Shown: piece by piece, positions 30,651 through 39,868 of the stretch
Layout of the letters: each line of letters begins with the position of its first letter
Position numbering within the stretch: position 1 is the first letter of the stretch
Origin: a bacterium
Lineage (GTDB): Bacteria; Zixibacteria; MSB-5A5; GN15; FEB-12
Assembly: GCA_043811375.1 (NCBI GenBank)
Contig: JBDRNJ010000068.1
Span: forward strand, 1 to 64,000
Length of the DNA stretch: 64,000 nt
Reading direction: 5' to 3'
Notes under the pieces: model-generated
Database searches by the model: none
What the model was told of the DNA's origin: nothing
The model's input: the letters and a program-made list of their open reading frames with translations, nothing else
Translations under genes and position numbers: made by a program

Positions 30651-31294
30651 CTCTTCTTAACTCCGTTCATAAACAGATCGATTACCGCTTTCTTGCGTTC
30701 ATTGGCAAACTCCCGGTGGTCCTCAACCGCCCAGACCTGATCGATCAGCGGCGCCAGAACAAAGTACCCGACATTCATCAGCACAAACGAGACAAAAGTC
30801 TGGCGAATATCGACCGGTCGGTACTCGCCACGCTCGATTCCGGCCTTGTATGATTTCACCATTTGTTCCGGCAGACCGGAAGCAATAATTGTCTGAGCGA
30901 TCCGGGGCACCACATCGCTCCGAGCGTCGGCCAGTTCACGCAAAAGAATCGTCCGCAACAGGGGCTGGCTCGAAAACGCCTGATGATACACCTCAGCGAA
31001 GGCCGATAGTATCTCCTCCAGCCGCTCACTTTCAGTGATGGTCTGCCTAATAGTGCCAAGAATAGCTGTTAGATGTTCCTTTATTACTGATTGGTAGAGG
31101 GCTTCTTTGGATGAGAAGTAATAGTAGATCATCGCCTTATTGACCCCCGCTGCTCGTGCTATGCGATCAACTCGTGCTCCGGCCATACCCAGCCGCGCGA
31201 ACTCATCCAGCGCTGCAGTGAGGATATTTTCTCTCGTGCCGGGTCCTTTGTCTGCCTTGGCAGTTTTTTCAGGACGTGCTATTCGATCACTCAT
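30647..31294 (-). CDS. TetR/AcrR family transcriptional regulator
   Basis: HTH ILTAALDEFA..G..GARVDRIA.AAGVNKAMIYYYF.SKE.LY. Confidence 0.95.
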   Translation of the reverse strand: MSDRIARPEKTAKADKGPGTRENILTAALDEFARLGMAGARVDRIARAAGVNKAMIYYYFSSKEALYQSVIKEHLTAILGTIRQTITESERLEEILSAFAEVYHQAFSSQPLLRTILLRELADARSDVVPRIAQTIIASGLPEQMVKSYKAGIERGEYRPVDIRQTFVSFVLMNVGYFVLAPLIDQVWAVEDHREFANERKKAVIDLFMNGVKKR

Positions 31295-31298
31295 GCTG

Positions 31299-31358
31299 AC
31301 TAACCATTTAGTTTAACTAACTACATAGTTAATATATGGATTTCATACCAGAGTGCAA
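31299..31358 (-). promoter_or_regulatory. Promoter and tandem palindromic TetR operators
   Basis: Two boxes ACTAACCATTTAGTT (31299-31313) and ACTAACTACATAGTT (31316-31330), each with ACTA..TAGT dyad symmetry. They lie just downstream of TTGCAC-N16-TATATT on the minus strand. Confidence 0.65.
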
Positions 31359-31620
31359 GAGCTATTTATAAGAAATTACAAATAGAGGCAAGTTATTGTA
31401 ACATTATTAGTTAAGAGCAGTAAACGGTTTTCTGGTCAGGTTTGATCTAGTAATGATGTTGGCAGGTTCGTGGACGGACCCGCCCTACAGCAGATGTTAC
31501 GTGGCAGGCGTACGTCCTCGTGCGCCCGCACTCCCAGCAAACGGGAACGTACGCCGTGCACAAACCAATGAGGTGCGCCACTCAGCCATCCAGATGTCGG
31601 CTAAGCGACTCTGATTATTC

Positions 31621-32439
31621 TTACCGGCCCCTGATGCTGCCCGATCCGGACACATGTTTACTGATGTGCTTGGGATCGCCGTAGAAGATAATATCCCCGC
31701 TTCCATATACCGCTCCGTCGAAACTGTCCTCGCAATGGACTCGGACATCGCCCGAACCCTGGACGGTAACATCGGCCGTTTGTGCCCGGAGGTCGCGGGT
31801 GTCAACGTCGCCGGAGCCGTGGATACTGATTTCGATCTCGTCCACTTTGCCCTCGGCGCTGAAGTCTCCCGAGCCGTGGATCAGGCATTCGACAAACTCG
31901 CCATCAAGTCGTTGCAGGACAATGTCACCGGAACCGTGAATGGAGCATTCGACACGATCGCAGGCCATTTCACCGACCATGATGTCGCCCGAGCCATTGA
32001 CGCGGCAGTCGAAGCGTTTGCCGCTGACAGACTCGACCGTGATGTCGCCCGAGCCGCGCGTGACCACCCGTTCCAATTTGGGGATCGTCACTTCCACCCG
32101 GCAACTATGCTCCGAGTCAAAGTTCTCATCGGAGTAAATCTGGAGCGTCTTTCTTCTGACGTTGGTTTCGACCAGATCGATCAGGTTGTCATCGAAAGTG
32201 ATACTGACACTCTGCTTGTCCCCGAAAGTGACGACGACATCAAAGGGGCCGGAGCTTTCGATGCGGGTGAATTCATCGACATCGCGGTCCTCGGACACCA
32301 GGTCGCCGGAGCCCTCGATACCATTGGTAGTTCTGATTCCGAAGACTTTGTCGAACCAGTCCCCGGCGTTGGCGGATGCAGCCGCCATCAGGATTGCCGC
32401 CGTCAGTACTATTACGAACGCAAGTTTGTTCCTCGGCAT
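31621..32439 (-). CDS. DUF2807 / head GIN domain exported protein (beta-helix GSGD repeats)
   Basis: Signal peptide, IEGSG, DDNLID.V.T and repeated GSGD(I/V/F). Confidence 0.88.
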   Translation of the reverse strand: MPRNKLAFVIVLTAAILMAAASANAGDWFDKVFGIRTTNGIEGSGDLVSEDRDVDEFTRIESSGPFDVVVTFGDKQSVSITFDDNLIDLVETNVRRKTLQIYSDENFDSEHSCRVEVTIPKLERVVTRGSGDITVESVSGKRFDCRVNGSGDIMVGEMACDRVECSIHGSGDIVLQRLDGEFVECLIHGSGDFSAEGKVDEIEISIHGSGDVDTRDLRAQTADVTVQGSGDVRVHCEDSFDGAVYGSGDIIFYGDPKHISKHVSGSGSIRGR

Positions 32440-32477
32440 ACTTCCTCCTGCCTAATGTTAATTCACAGATATTTAGG

Positions 32478-32505
32478 AATACGCCTGCTGTCAAGCAAAG
32501 TTGCA
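32478..32505 (-). promoter_or_regulatory. Putative ECF promoter of DUF2807 gene
   Basis: Minus strand TGCAAC-N16-CGTATT. Confidence 0.55.
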
Positions 32506-32539
32506 GCCACAAGTGGGCCGCTTGCCGCATTTATTTTAT

Positions 32540-32736
32540 CCGTCATCGCGAGACGGCAAGCCGTATTAATGCGTGGCGATCTCAATTTAACCGTTGGGGT
32601 CGGGTGACCCCTTCAGATTTGTTTGGGGGTGGATTCCTGTGGGCGGCAGATGTCCACATCTGCCCCAACTTCGTGCCGTCAGGTGACCCTGCCTGACGGC
32701 GGAAGTCAAGCGGGGCGATCTGAAGATCACCCCGCC
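32540..32736. repeat. REP-like hairpin cluster
   Basis: GGCAGATG-TCCA-CATCTGCC, GCCGTCAGG-TGACCCTG-CCTGACGGC and GCGGGGCGATC-TGAA-GATCACCCCGC. Confidence 0.65.
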
Positions 32737-32758
32737 AAATAACAATGTAGGTAGATGT

Positions 32759-35700
32759 CTACTTCAGCAGAATCATCTTCCTTGATTCAACGTAATCACC
32801 CGCCTCCAGGCGATACAGATACACACCGCTGGCAACATCGCTGCCATCCCAAGTCACGGTGTGAATCCCAGCCTCGTAGTGACGATCAGCTAATGTCGCC
32901 ACCACCTGTCCCATGACATTGAAGACCTGTAGCTTCACTTCGGAAGCAATCGGCAGAGCAAAGCTGATCTCGGTGATTGGATTAAACGGGTTAGGGTAGT
33001 TCTGTGTCAACCCGTACGTAACCGGTATCTCTGCCTGTTTATAAGCGATATTGGCAATTGACAGAGGAATCACCCCGGCTGCTACCTGACGGTTGTTGTT
33101 AATCTCATCGCAAATTGTTTTTGCCGTTTCATGGTCACCCACGGGGTCATCGATCAGGTTGTCACAATAAGTGATTGCCTGCGTCACGGTGGCACCATCC
33201 ACACTGATGATTTCCGTCTGGCTGAGCTTTCCACTGGCCACGTTTAGAAGCAATGCCATTAACTGCTGTTTTGCCCGAGCTGTCATGCCAACATTGCCCT
33301 TGAGGTTCAGCAGCTCTTTTGCTGCCTGGAGCTTGTCGTCACATGAGCCCGAAATCGGCGGTTGATAAATGATAACCTGATTGATGGCATTGCCGTTGAA
33401 ATGCGCCTCGATCAGATCCAGGTAGCTGCAGAGAGTCGCCGCGTCGATTTGGGCACTACCCTTACCCCCTGTTGCTACACCAACCTGGTGTTTCCAGAAG
33501 CCGATGGTCCTCGGAGAGGCGGTGATTTCCACACAGGTGAGCGCAAAATCGACATTCACTGTATCACCACCGACTATCGTAGTAGCAATTACCTCCGGAG
33601 AAACGTAGTAACCCAAAGGCGTTACTATCGTGAAGGTGTAGTCCCCAGCAAGTATTTCACACATTTCGTAATAACCATTAGCATCGGTTACGGCGATGTC
33701 AATTAAGGTTCCGACGCCGTCAAATATGTCAATGCCTACACCCAATAGTCCAGTACCAGGGGCAGGGCAGTTGGCCGTCACATAACCCGCAACGCATCCA
33801 AAAGGTAGAGGAATGATCGAAACTATGGCATTTGTCCTCGTGATTTCTGGTACACTGGGGAAATAGACGGTGGCGAAGTTTATAATGTCAGTTCCTACCG
33901 GCGCGTCACCTCTGACATTGACACTAAAGTAGAAGCTGCCTCCCTCTTCGGGGCCAACCTCACCGACAAACCAGGTAATCGTTCGAGTCGAAGGGTTATA
34001 GGTACCTTCACCGCCCAGGGACAACGTCAGATCGTCCACGTCTTCATCCAACACGTCCGTAATATAGACACCAAAAGCAATTCCTTCGCCTTCGTTCTCG
34101 AATTCAACCTCATAGTTTAATGTTTGCCCCGGCTGCACATTGCCTTCAGGACCGTATTTGATGTTGGGGTCATGGGCAACGGTCATTTCTACTGTTGAAG
34201 TTTGCTCAGGAATGCTTGTAGGTGTGTAATTATAATGCTCCCGCAACCCTCTGATTATCTCGTTTATTGACATGTCTGGTGAAAATGTTAGCTCTCCATC
34301 GGAGGTTGTCCAACCATTCTTAAGACCTTCAGGAGAATATTTGATTTTATATAACAATTTGTACATCTCTCTCCAATACTGCACATTCCCGTAAATCGGT
34401 GAAACTTGATATTCAATTCTGGCTCGCCCAAGGGCAGCTATTAATATACCTTCAGATAATACATCTGCTACCATTGCAAGAGATATAGCTTCCCCCCAAG
34501 GACTTGGAATTGCATACGTAATCAACCCCCATAAAGGATCTAGCGTTTCTTTATCTTCGTGGGTTAGACCTGGTGTAGAATGTTGGAAAACCGAGTCTGC
34601 TTCTTTTTTTGAGAAAAGCCATATTTGGCTGGCTAATTGAGTGCCCATTGGTAAACCCCAAAATAGTTCTGTTTGAAAACTTAAATATTCTATTGATTTT
34701 GGGGGAATATTATTGAAATCCCATCGGATCATGTGCATAACATCATCATACATACCTGGGGAGGTAAGCTGCACAATGTCAGCTAAAGTAGGGGGTATAC
34801 CGATTAAAGTAGTATTTTCTGCTGTCTTTATTCCATCATTCCTCAATTCGATAACATAAGTTATTGTCTGTCCAGGGCTTGCTCTTCCAGGTCCCCAGAT
34901 TGTAACTTTCAAATCAGCCATTGGGGGAAGACCAAGATCAACTCTTTCTATGTCTAAGAATAGGATTCTTGGGAGGCTACTTTCATCTAAGGTGGCGGTT
35001 AGAATACCAAAGAGGGGATTGTCAAAAAGCCCTTTCAATTCTACTCTTCCCGGAGAGACAAGGTTATCGTATGTCCAGCCTTCTCCGGCCCCAGATTCTG
35101 AGACATAAGAAATTATTGAAAAGCCTTCTCCAGAATATGGGTTGGTTTCCTCAACCACTCTAAGATGAGTCAAAACAGTGCTCAAGGACCCAATGTAATC
35201 GCCATAGACATTTCCTTCGAGGTTGGTTTGCAGGATATAAAGTTCTGTAGCGGGGAATTCAGAACTGCTGTGGTAAGACACAGTCCCATTTAAGTTGATA
35301 GTCGCCGAGGTAATTGTACCTCCAAGCCGACCTATTTTCCAGGTAGCTTGATATTGGTCATAAGTGTCACTTCCTGGCATAGTTTCGGTTAGATATCCCT
35401 CAACAGTGGCTGAGATTTCTCCTGATGTTGCACCTTTTAGATAAATCTTTCCCTCTTGAGGCTTGAGGAATAGGGCTCCCTTCCAATCACCTGTATAGGA
35501 AATCCCTCCCAGCGTAGCTTCCCACTCACCTTTAGAAAATCCCTTACCGGCAAAGGATCCGGTTGTGATACTAACGATTTCAAAGTTGGTGAAATTGAGG
35601 GTGCTGTTGAAATCACCGCTCACTACAACATTGTCAAGGACGGCATTCTGACCAAGGAGAGTTTCAAACAAAGTGGATTCTGTAAAAGATTTTTCAATGG

Positions 35701-36523
35701 CATAGGAACCAATAACATTCATAAGGACGGAAACGTTGTCAGATCCCGAATTCGCCACCGCCAGGTCAAAATCGCCGTCGCTGTCAAGGTCGGACGAGAA
35801 AACTGAACGGGGATAATCCCCGACCCCATAATTGACCGCCGGGGCAAATGTCCCGTTGCCGTTGTTCACCAGGATGGAGACGTTGTCAGAATTATCGAAG
35901 TTCGCCACCGCCAGGTCATTGACCTTATCCCCGTTAAGGTCGGCTGAGAAAACTGAAGTGGGAAAATACCCGGCCCCATAATTGACCGCCGAGGCAAATG
36001 TCCCGTCGCCGTTATTCAGCAGGATCGAGACGTTGTTAGAATGGGCATTCGCCACTGCCAGGTCGCGGTCGCTATCCCCGTCAAGGTCAGCTGAGAAAAC
36101 TGAAAAGGGATTATCCCCGGCTCCATAATTGACCGCCGCGGCAAATGTCCCGTCGCCGTTGTTCAGCAGGATGGAGACGTTGTTAGACCAGGCATTCGCC
36201 ACTGCCAGGTCGTTGTCGTTATCCCCGTCAAGGTCGGCTGAGAAAACCGAACCGGGATGATCCCCGGGCCCATAATTGACCGCCGGAGCAAATGTCCCGT
36301 CGCCGTTGTTCAGCAGGATCGAGACGTTGTTAGAATGGGAATTCGCCACTGCCAGGTCATTGTCGTTATCCCCGTCAAGATCGGCTGAGAAAACTGAATG
36401 GGGCCCATCCCCGACCCCATAATTGACTGCGGTGTCGAACTGGGGCTCAACGGCAAGACTGATGCCGGCTAGAGCCAGCACCGTGATTGATAGAATCAAT
36501 GTAAAAGACATTGCGTCTTTCAT
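32759..36523 (-). CDS. Large secreted T9SS cargo: FG-GAP/VCBS repeats, unknown beta domain, DUF11-like domains, SdrD-B-like domain, type A CTD
   Basis: Signal peptide, 5 DLDGD..DLAVAN repeats, PGQTITYVIELRNDG, HDPNIKYGP...YEVEFENEG, PRTIGFWK and LTQNYPNPFNP...SGVYLYRL..KMILLK. Confidence 0.88.
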   Translation of the reverse strand: MKDAMSFTLILSITVLALAGISLAVEPQFDTAVNYGVGDGPHSVFSADLDGDNDNDLAVANSHSNNVSILLNNGDGTFAPAVNYGPGDHPGSVFSADLDGDNDNDLAVANAWSNNVSILLNNGDGTFAAAVNYGAGDNPFSVFSADLDGDSDRDLAVANAHSNNVSILLNNGDGTFASAVNYGAGYFPTSVFSADLNGDKVNDLAVANFDNSDNVSILVNNGNGTFAPAVNYGVGDYPRSVFSSDLDSDGDFDLAVANSGSDNVSVLMNVIGSYAIEKSFTESTLFETLLGQNAVLDNVVVSGDFNSTLNFTNFEIVSITTGSFAGKGFSKGEWEATLGGISYTGDWKGALFLKPQEGKIYLKGATSGEISATVEGYLTETMPGSDTYDQYQATWKIGRLGGTITSATINLNGTVSYHSSSEFPATELYILQTNLEGNVYGDYIGSLSTVLTHLRVVEETNPYSGEGFSIISYVSESGAGEGWTYDNLVSPGRVELKGLFDNPLFGILTATLDESSLPRILFLDIERVDLGLPPMADLKVTIWGPGRASPGQTITYVIELRNDGIKTAENTTLIGIPPTLADIVQLTSPGMYDDVMHMIRWDFNNIPPKSIEYLSFQTELFWGLPMGTQLASQIWLFSKKEADSVFQHSTPGLTHEDKETLDPLWGLITYAIPSPWGEAISLAMVADVLSEGILIAALGRARIEYQVSPIYGNVQYWREMYKLLYKIKYSPEGLKNGWTTSDGELTFSPDMSINEIIRGLREHYNYTPTSIPEQTSTVEMTVAHDPNIKYGPEGNVQPGQTLNYEVEFENEGEGIAFGVYITDVLDEDVDDLTLSLGGEGTYNPSTRTITWFVGEVGPEEGGSFYFSVNVRGDAPVGTDIINFATVYFPSVPEITRTNAIVSIIPLPFGCVAGYVTANCPAPGTGLLGVGIDIFDGVGTLIDIAVTDANGYYEMCEILAGDYTFTIVTPLGYYVSPEVIATTIVGGDTVNVDFALTCVEITASPRTIGFWKHQVGVATGGKGSAQIDAATLCSYLDLIEAHFNGNAINQVIIYQPPISGSCDDKLQAAKELLNLKGNVGMTARAKQQLMALLLNVASGKLSQTEIISVDGATVTQAITYCDNLIDDPVGDHETAKTICDEINNNRQVAAGVIPLSIANIAYKQAEIPVTYGLTQNYPNPFNPITEISFALPIASEVKLQVFNVMGQVVATLADRHYEAGIHTVTWDGSDVASGVYLYRLEAGDYVESRKMILLK
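35735..36430 (-). repeat. Five near-identical 147-150 bp intragenic tandem repeats (FG-GAP blades)
   Basis: CATAATTGAC recurs at about 35827, 35977, 36124, 36271 and 36418. Confidence 0.85.
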
Positions 36524-36566
36524 TGTTGTTTTCCTCCCAAGTTACTGCTAAGGTGTGTTACATGTT

Positions 36567-36697
36567 GGGCATGTTGAAAAATATAACAAACGTCATAGCG
36601 AGGAGCGAAGCGACGTGGCTATCTCGTTGGTATTCAATATGCGAGATTGCCACGCTGTCGCTCGCAATGACGAGAATAGGACTTTTTCAACAGGCCC
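36567..36697. mobile_element. 131-bp MITE-like element with TIRs, 5-bp TSD and internal palindrome
   Basis: TIRs GGGCATGTTGAAAAA / TTTTTCAACAGGCCC (1 mismatch), ATGTT direct repeats at 36562-36566 and 36698-36702, and internal CGTCATAGCGAG...CTCGCAATGACG hairpin. Confidence 0.7.
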
Positions 36698-37103
36698 ATG
36701 TTTACATTACCGAGACAATTCTTGCCATACATGTCCCCCTGTTTTGTTCCGGTTGCGGGAAACTACCTCCGCCGTGCCGTGGTTTGAAATTGAGCTATTT
36801 GCATATCAGATTCGTGTATTTCCTTGCTCTACTTTGTTGCGTCAGGTCACACCCGCCTGGGCGGGCAACATCTGACAGAACGTCATGCACTAAACACAGG
36901 CCCGTCATTGCGAATCCGCCACAAGCAGTGTGGCAATCGTGAGTAACTTCAAGAACTTCACATTACTTCCTGCGTATCAACACTGCTGCCTTGTGACTGC
37001 CCTGTATTCTCAAATAAGTACACAGCCAGTATAGCCCCTGCTGTCCACGATGTCAAGCGAAAAATCTTGATTTTAGTGCGTTTTCCCGCCCCCCACTCCC
37101 CTC

Positions 37104-37132
37104 TTGACAACTACGCACGCATGCTGCATCTT
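37104..37132 (+). promoter_or_regulatory. Sigma70 promoter of riboswitch leader
   Basis: TTGACA-N17-CATCTT. Confidence 0.55.
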
Positions 37133-37142
37133 ACCGTCACAA

Positions 37143-37303
37143 CATTGCGGTGCCGTCCGTGTGGACGGGTAATAGGGAAGACGGTGCGAATCCGTCGCAG
37201 CCCCGCTACTGTGAAGGCTACTCCACGGGCCTGATGCCACCTGTCATCGACGGGGAAGGCGCTCGCCGGAGGTGTGATGCCTCAGCCAGGAAACCTGCCG
37301 CGA
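37143..37303 (+). ncRNA. Cobalamin (B12) riboswitch
   Basis: CGGTG...AATAGGGAA.ACGGTGCGAATCCGT.GCAGCCCCGCTACTGTGA...GCCAC...GGGAAGGC...AGCCAGGAAACCTGCCG (B12 box), upstream of a TonB receptor. Confidence 0.93.
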
Positions 37304-37383
37304 TCCAATCTCACCACGTTGCTGTCAGCGCGGGCTGACTGACGGCGGTTGTTCCGCGCCGACGGCGACCAATGGAGGCCGCT

Positions 37384-39843
37384 ATGAGGCGAGTTTTTTT
37401 GCGCTTCTTATTGCGGTCTGTCTCCGGCGCGATGGGAGTTCGGGACAGATGGCACGCGGTGTTTACCTTTCACGCAGGACACAGAGATTGTCACCCTGAG
37501 CGGAGTCGGAGGGAGAGCCCGGCAGACCGGGGATACCAGATTGCCGATCTGGGAAGTCTTATCAGAATCTCCGGGCTTTTGACCTGCATTCTTTTTATTC
37601 TTGCCGTACAGGTGATGGCTCAATCGATCACAAGATTAAGAGGGTACGTGTACGATGCCGACGATGGAATCCCCGTTGTTCGGGCGAAAGTCGAACTGCA
37701 AGCGACAGATTACCGGGTTTCCACCGATGATTTCGGTCGGTTCAGTTTTGACAACGTCCCCCCTGCCGGTTACAGTCTGAAGATCACCGCCGCCGGTTAC
37801 GAGGATTACGTTGTCGAACAGGTTCATCTTACCGGGGACATAACCCGCCAGGTGGCGGCACCGCTTGCAAAGAAGGAGTACTATCTTGAGGGGGTCACGG
37901 TCACCGGCAGGTATCAACCTCTCTCCAGCGACAAGGTGACCGTAATCGAGCGCCGGCAAATAGCAGAGCTCCATCCCGGCAGTGTCTCGGACCTCCTCGA
38001 ATCAGTGCCGGGTGTTTTCGTTCAGCGATCGGGGGGAGCGACGGGGCAGGCACAGGTGCGTATCAGGGGGAGTGATCCGAAACATGTGCTGGTTCTGGTC
38101 GATGGTCAGAAGATCAACCCTTCGGGCAGCGGCGTGGCCGACCTGAATACCATCCCGGTCGAGACGGTCGAACGGATCGAGATTCACAAAGGGGGCGCCT
38201 CAGCCGAGTTTGGCCCCGACGCCCTCGGCGGAGTGATAAACATCACCACCCACCAGCAGGTTATCACGCACAAGCCATCGGCTGAGTGGTGCGTGAGAAG
38301 GGGGGATTGGGGGTCTGAGTCCAACACGCTGTCAGCATCGAACCTGGTTAGTTTCGATGGTCTGTCAACCAGGTTTGCCTTCAACTCACGGAAATCGGAC
38401 GGCGATTTCGATTTCAACTATACAGTTGAGCCACGAAACAAGGTCTATGAAGGGACCCGTATCAACAACTTCACGGACTCATACAGCTACTTCGGTTCCG
38501 GCATTTACCAGTTGGCTGCTCAATCCAAACTGAAGGTTTCAGGCCAGGTGTACAAAGCGAAAAGAGGTCTTCCGGATCGGGCCTCAAAACAGAATGCGTA
38601 TGCATTTGCGGAAGACAGGCGAAAACTAATTTCAGTCCGGTACGAAATCGGACAGGCACAGAAGGTTCGTGGGGAAGCGCAGATAGGTTTTTCCCAGTTC
38701 GAGCAGTATTTCTGGGATTTGGCCAGTGCGTCGCCGGTAAGTCGTTTTGAAAGTAGACACACTAACGACATATTTACTCTTCAGGTTGTCGGCGTTGCCC
38801 ACCCCTGGATCAGCAGCGAGACGCACCTCGGAGTGCAGGTCTCACGAGACATCCTTTACCACACAGACTACCTGCGACCGCAGTTGAGCATGGGTAAAGC
38901 TGTCCGCGACGGCTATGCCGCTTTTGTCACCGGCAAGCAGCGTATCGGATTGCCCGCTTATGTTTTCTTCGACGACGTCTCGATGGATTTTGCCCTGCGT
39001 TATGACGAGGCAACAACCGGCAAGGACTCAACTTCGTGGCAGGACCCGGGTAAATCGCATTCAGTGGATCAATGGTCGCCCAAGATCGGCGCCGCGCTGT
39101 CAAAAGGTGAAAAGGTTTCGTTGCTGGTGCGCGCCAGCTATGGTAAATCATTTCGTTTACCTTCGGTTAACTCCCTGTTCTGGAGGGGCGATATTCGTTC
39201 GCGCGGCAATCCCAACCTGAGGCCGGAAAGAACCGAGCACTCGGAGGGCGGGATGGAACTTACCGGTTCCGTCGCATCGTTGAGCTTCAGCGCGGGTATG
39301 ACCTGTTTCCACTCCCGGGTTAGTGATCTGGTAGTGTGGCAGGCGGGTTACGGTGGTGTGTGGACTCCGGTTAATCTCGAATCAGCTCTTATCACAGGGC
39401 ATGAAGAGTACATCACGATTGGCTTCATGGATAAGACACTGGAGATACAATATCAAAACACGATTACCACCGCTCAGAATAAAGTTCCCGGACATAACTC
39501 GTACGACAAGAGACTCACCTTTACACCCCGTTACGTTACCGGCGTAACGGCGCGGCTGAGGCAACGCTGGAGACAGACCATCGTTTATGCGTCTTATGCC
39601 GTCCGGTTGGTGGACATACGGTATGCCCTGTCGAGCAACACCAGGTGGTATGATGCCTACCGCATCGATGACCTTGGTTTTGGTCTCAAGGTCGGTTTCT
39701 ACGAGCATTGGCGTTTGGCCTTTGATGTCAAGGTCTATAACTTAAACGATGAAAGTTACGTACTCATGACGCACTGCCCGATGCCCGACAGCGAATGGGA
39801 CATAGGTCTTAAACTGTCGTACGGGGTGCAGCAAGAGTGGTAG
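37384..39843 (+). CDS. btuB: TonB-dependent receptor, cobalamin (BtuB-like) with N-terminal carboxypeptidase-regulatory-like domain
   Basis: Plug motifs IRGS...VLVLVDG and IEIHKG..SA.FG.DALGGVINI, GNPNLRPE and C-terminal W. Riboswitch context; GGAGG RBS before ATG 37384 (start uncertain). Confidence 0.85.
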   Translation: MRRVFLRFLLRSVSGAMGVRDRWHAVFTFHAGHRDCHPERSRRESPADRGYQIADLGSLIRISGLLTCILFILAVQVMAQSITRLRGYVYDADDGIPVVRAKVELQATDYRVSTDDFGRFSFDNVPPAGYSLKITAAGYEDYVVEQVHLTGDITRQVAAPLAKKEYYLEGVTVTGRYQPLSSDKVTVIERRQIAELHPGSVSDLLESVPGVFVQRSGGATGQAQVRIRGSDPKHVLVLVDGQKINPSGSGVADLNTIPVETVERIEIHKGGASAEFGPDALGGVINITTHQQVITHKPSAEWCVRRGDWGSESNTLSASNLVSFDGLSTRFAFNSRKSDGDFDFNYTVEPRNKVYEGTRINNFTDSYSYFGSGIYQLAAQSKLKVSGQVYKAKRGLPDRASKQNAYAFAEDRRKLISVRYEIGQAQKVRGEAQIGFSQFEQYFWDLASASPVSRFESRHTNDIFTLQVVGVAHPWISSETHLGVQVSRDILYHTDYLRPQLSMGKAVRDGYAAFVTGKQRIGLPAYVFFDDVSMDFALRYDEATTGKDSTSWQDPGKSHSVDQWSPKIGAALSKGEKVSLLVRASYGKSFRLPSVNSLFWRGDIRSRGNPNLRPERTEHSEGGMELTGSVASLSFSAGMTCFHSRVSDLVVWQAGYGGVWTPVNLESALITGHEEYITIGFMDKTLEIQYQNTITTAQNKVPGHNSYDKRLTFTPRYVTGVTARLRQRWRQTIVYASYAVRLVDIRYALSSNTRWYDAYRIDDLGFGLKVGFYEHWRLAFDVKVYNLNDESYVLMTHCPMPDSEWDIGLKLSYGVQQEW

Positions 39844-39868
39844 GGAGAGTAGATCGTCAATAATTTCC

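Noticed and set aside
35735..36430. CRISPR array or DGR template/variable repeats
   Set aside because: Repeats are in-frame 49-50 aa coding units with no spacers or cas genes. There is no reverse transcriptase, and differences are not adenine-restricted.
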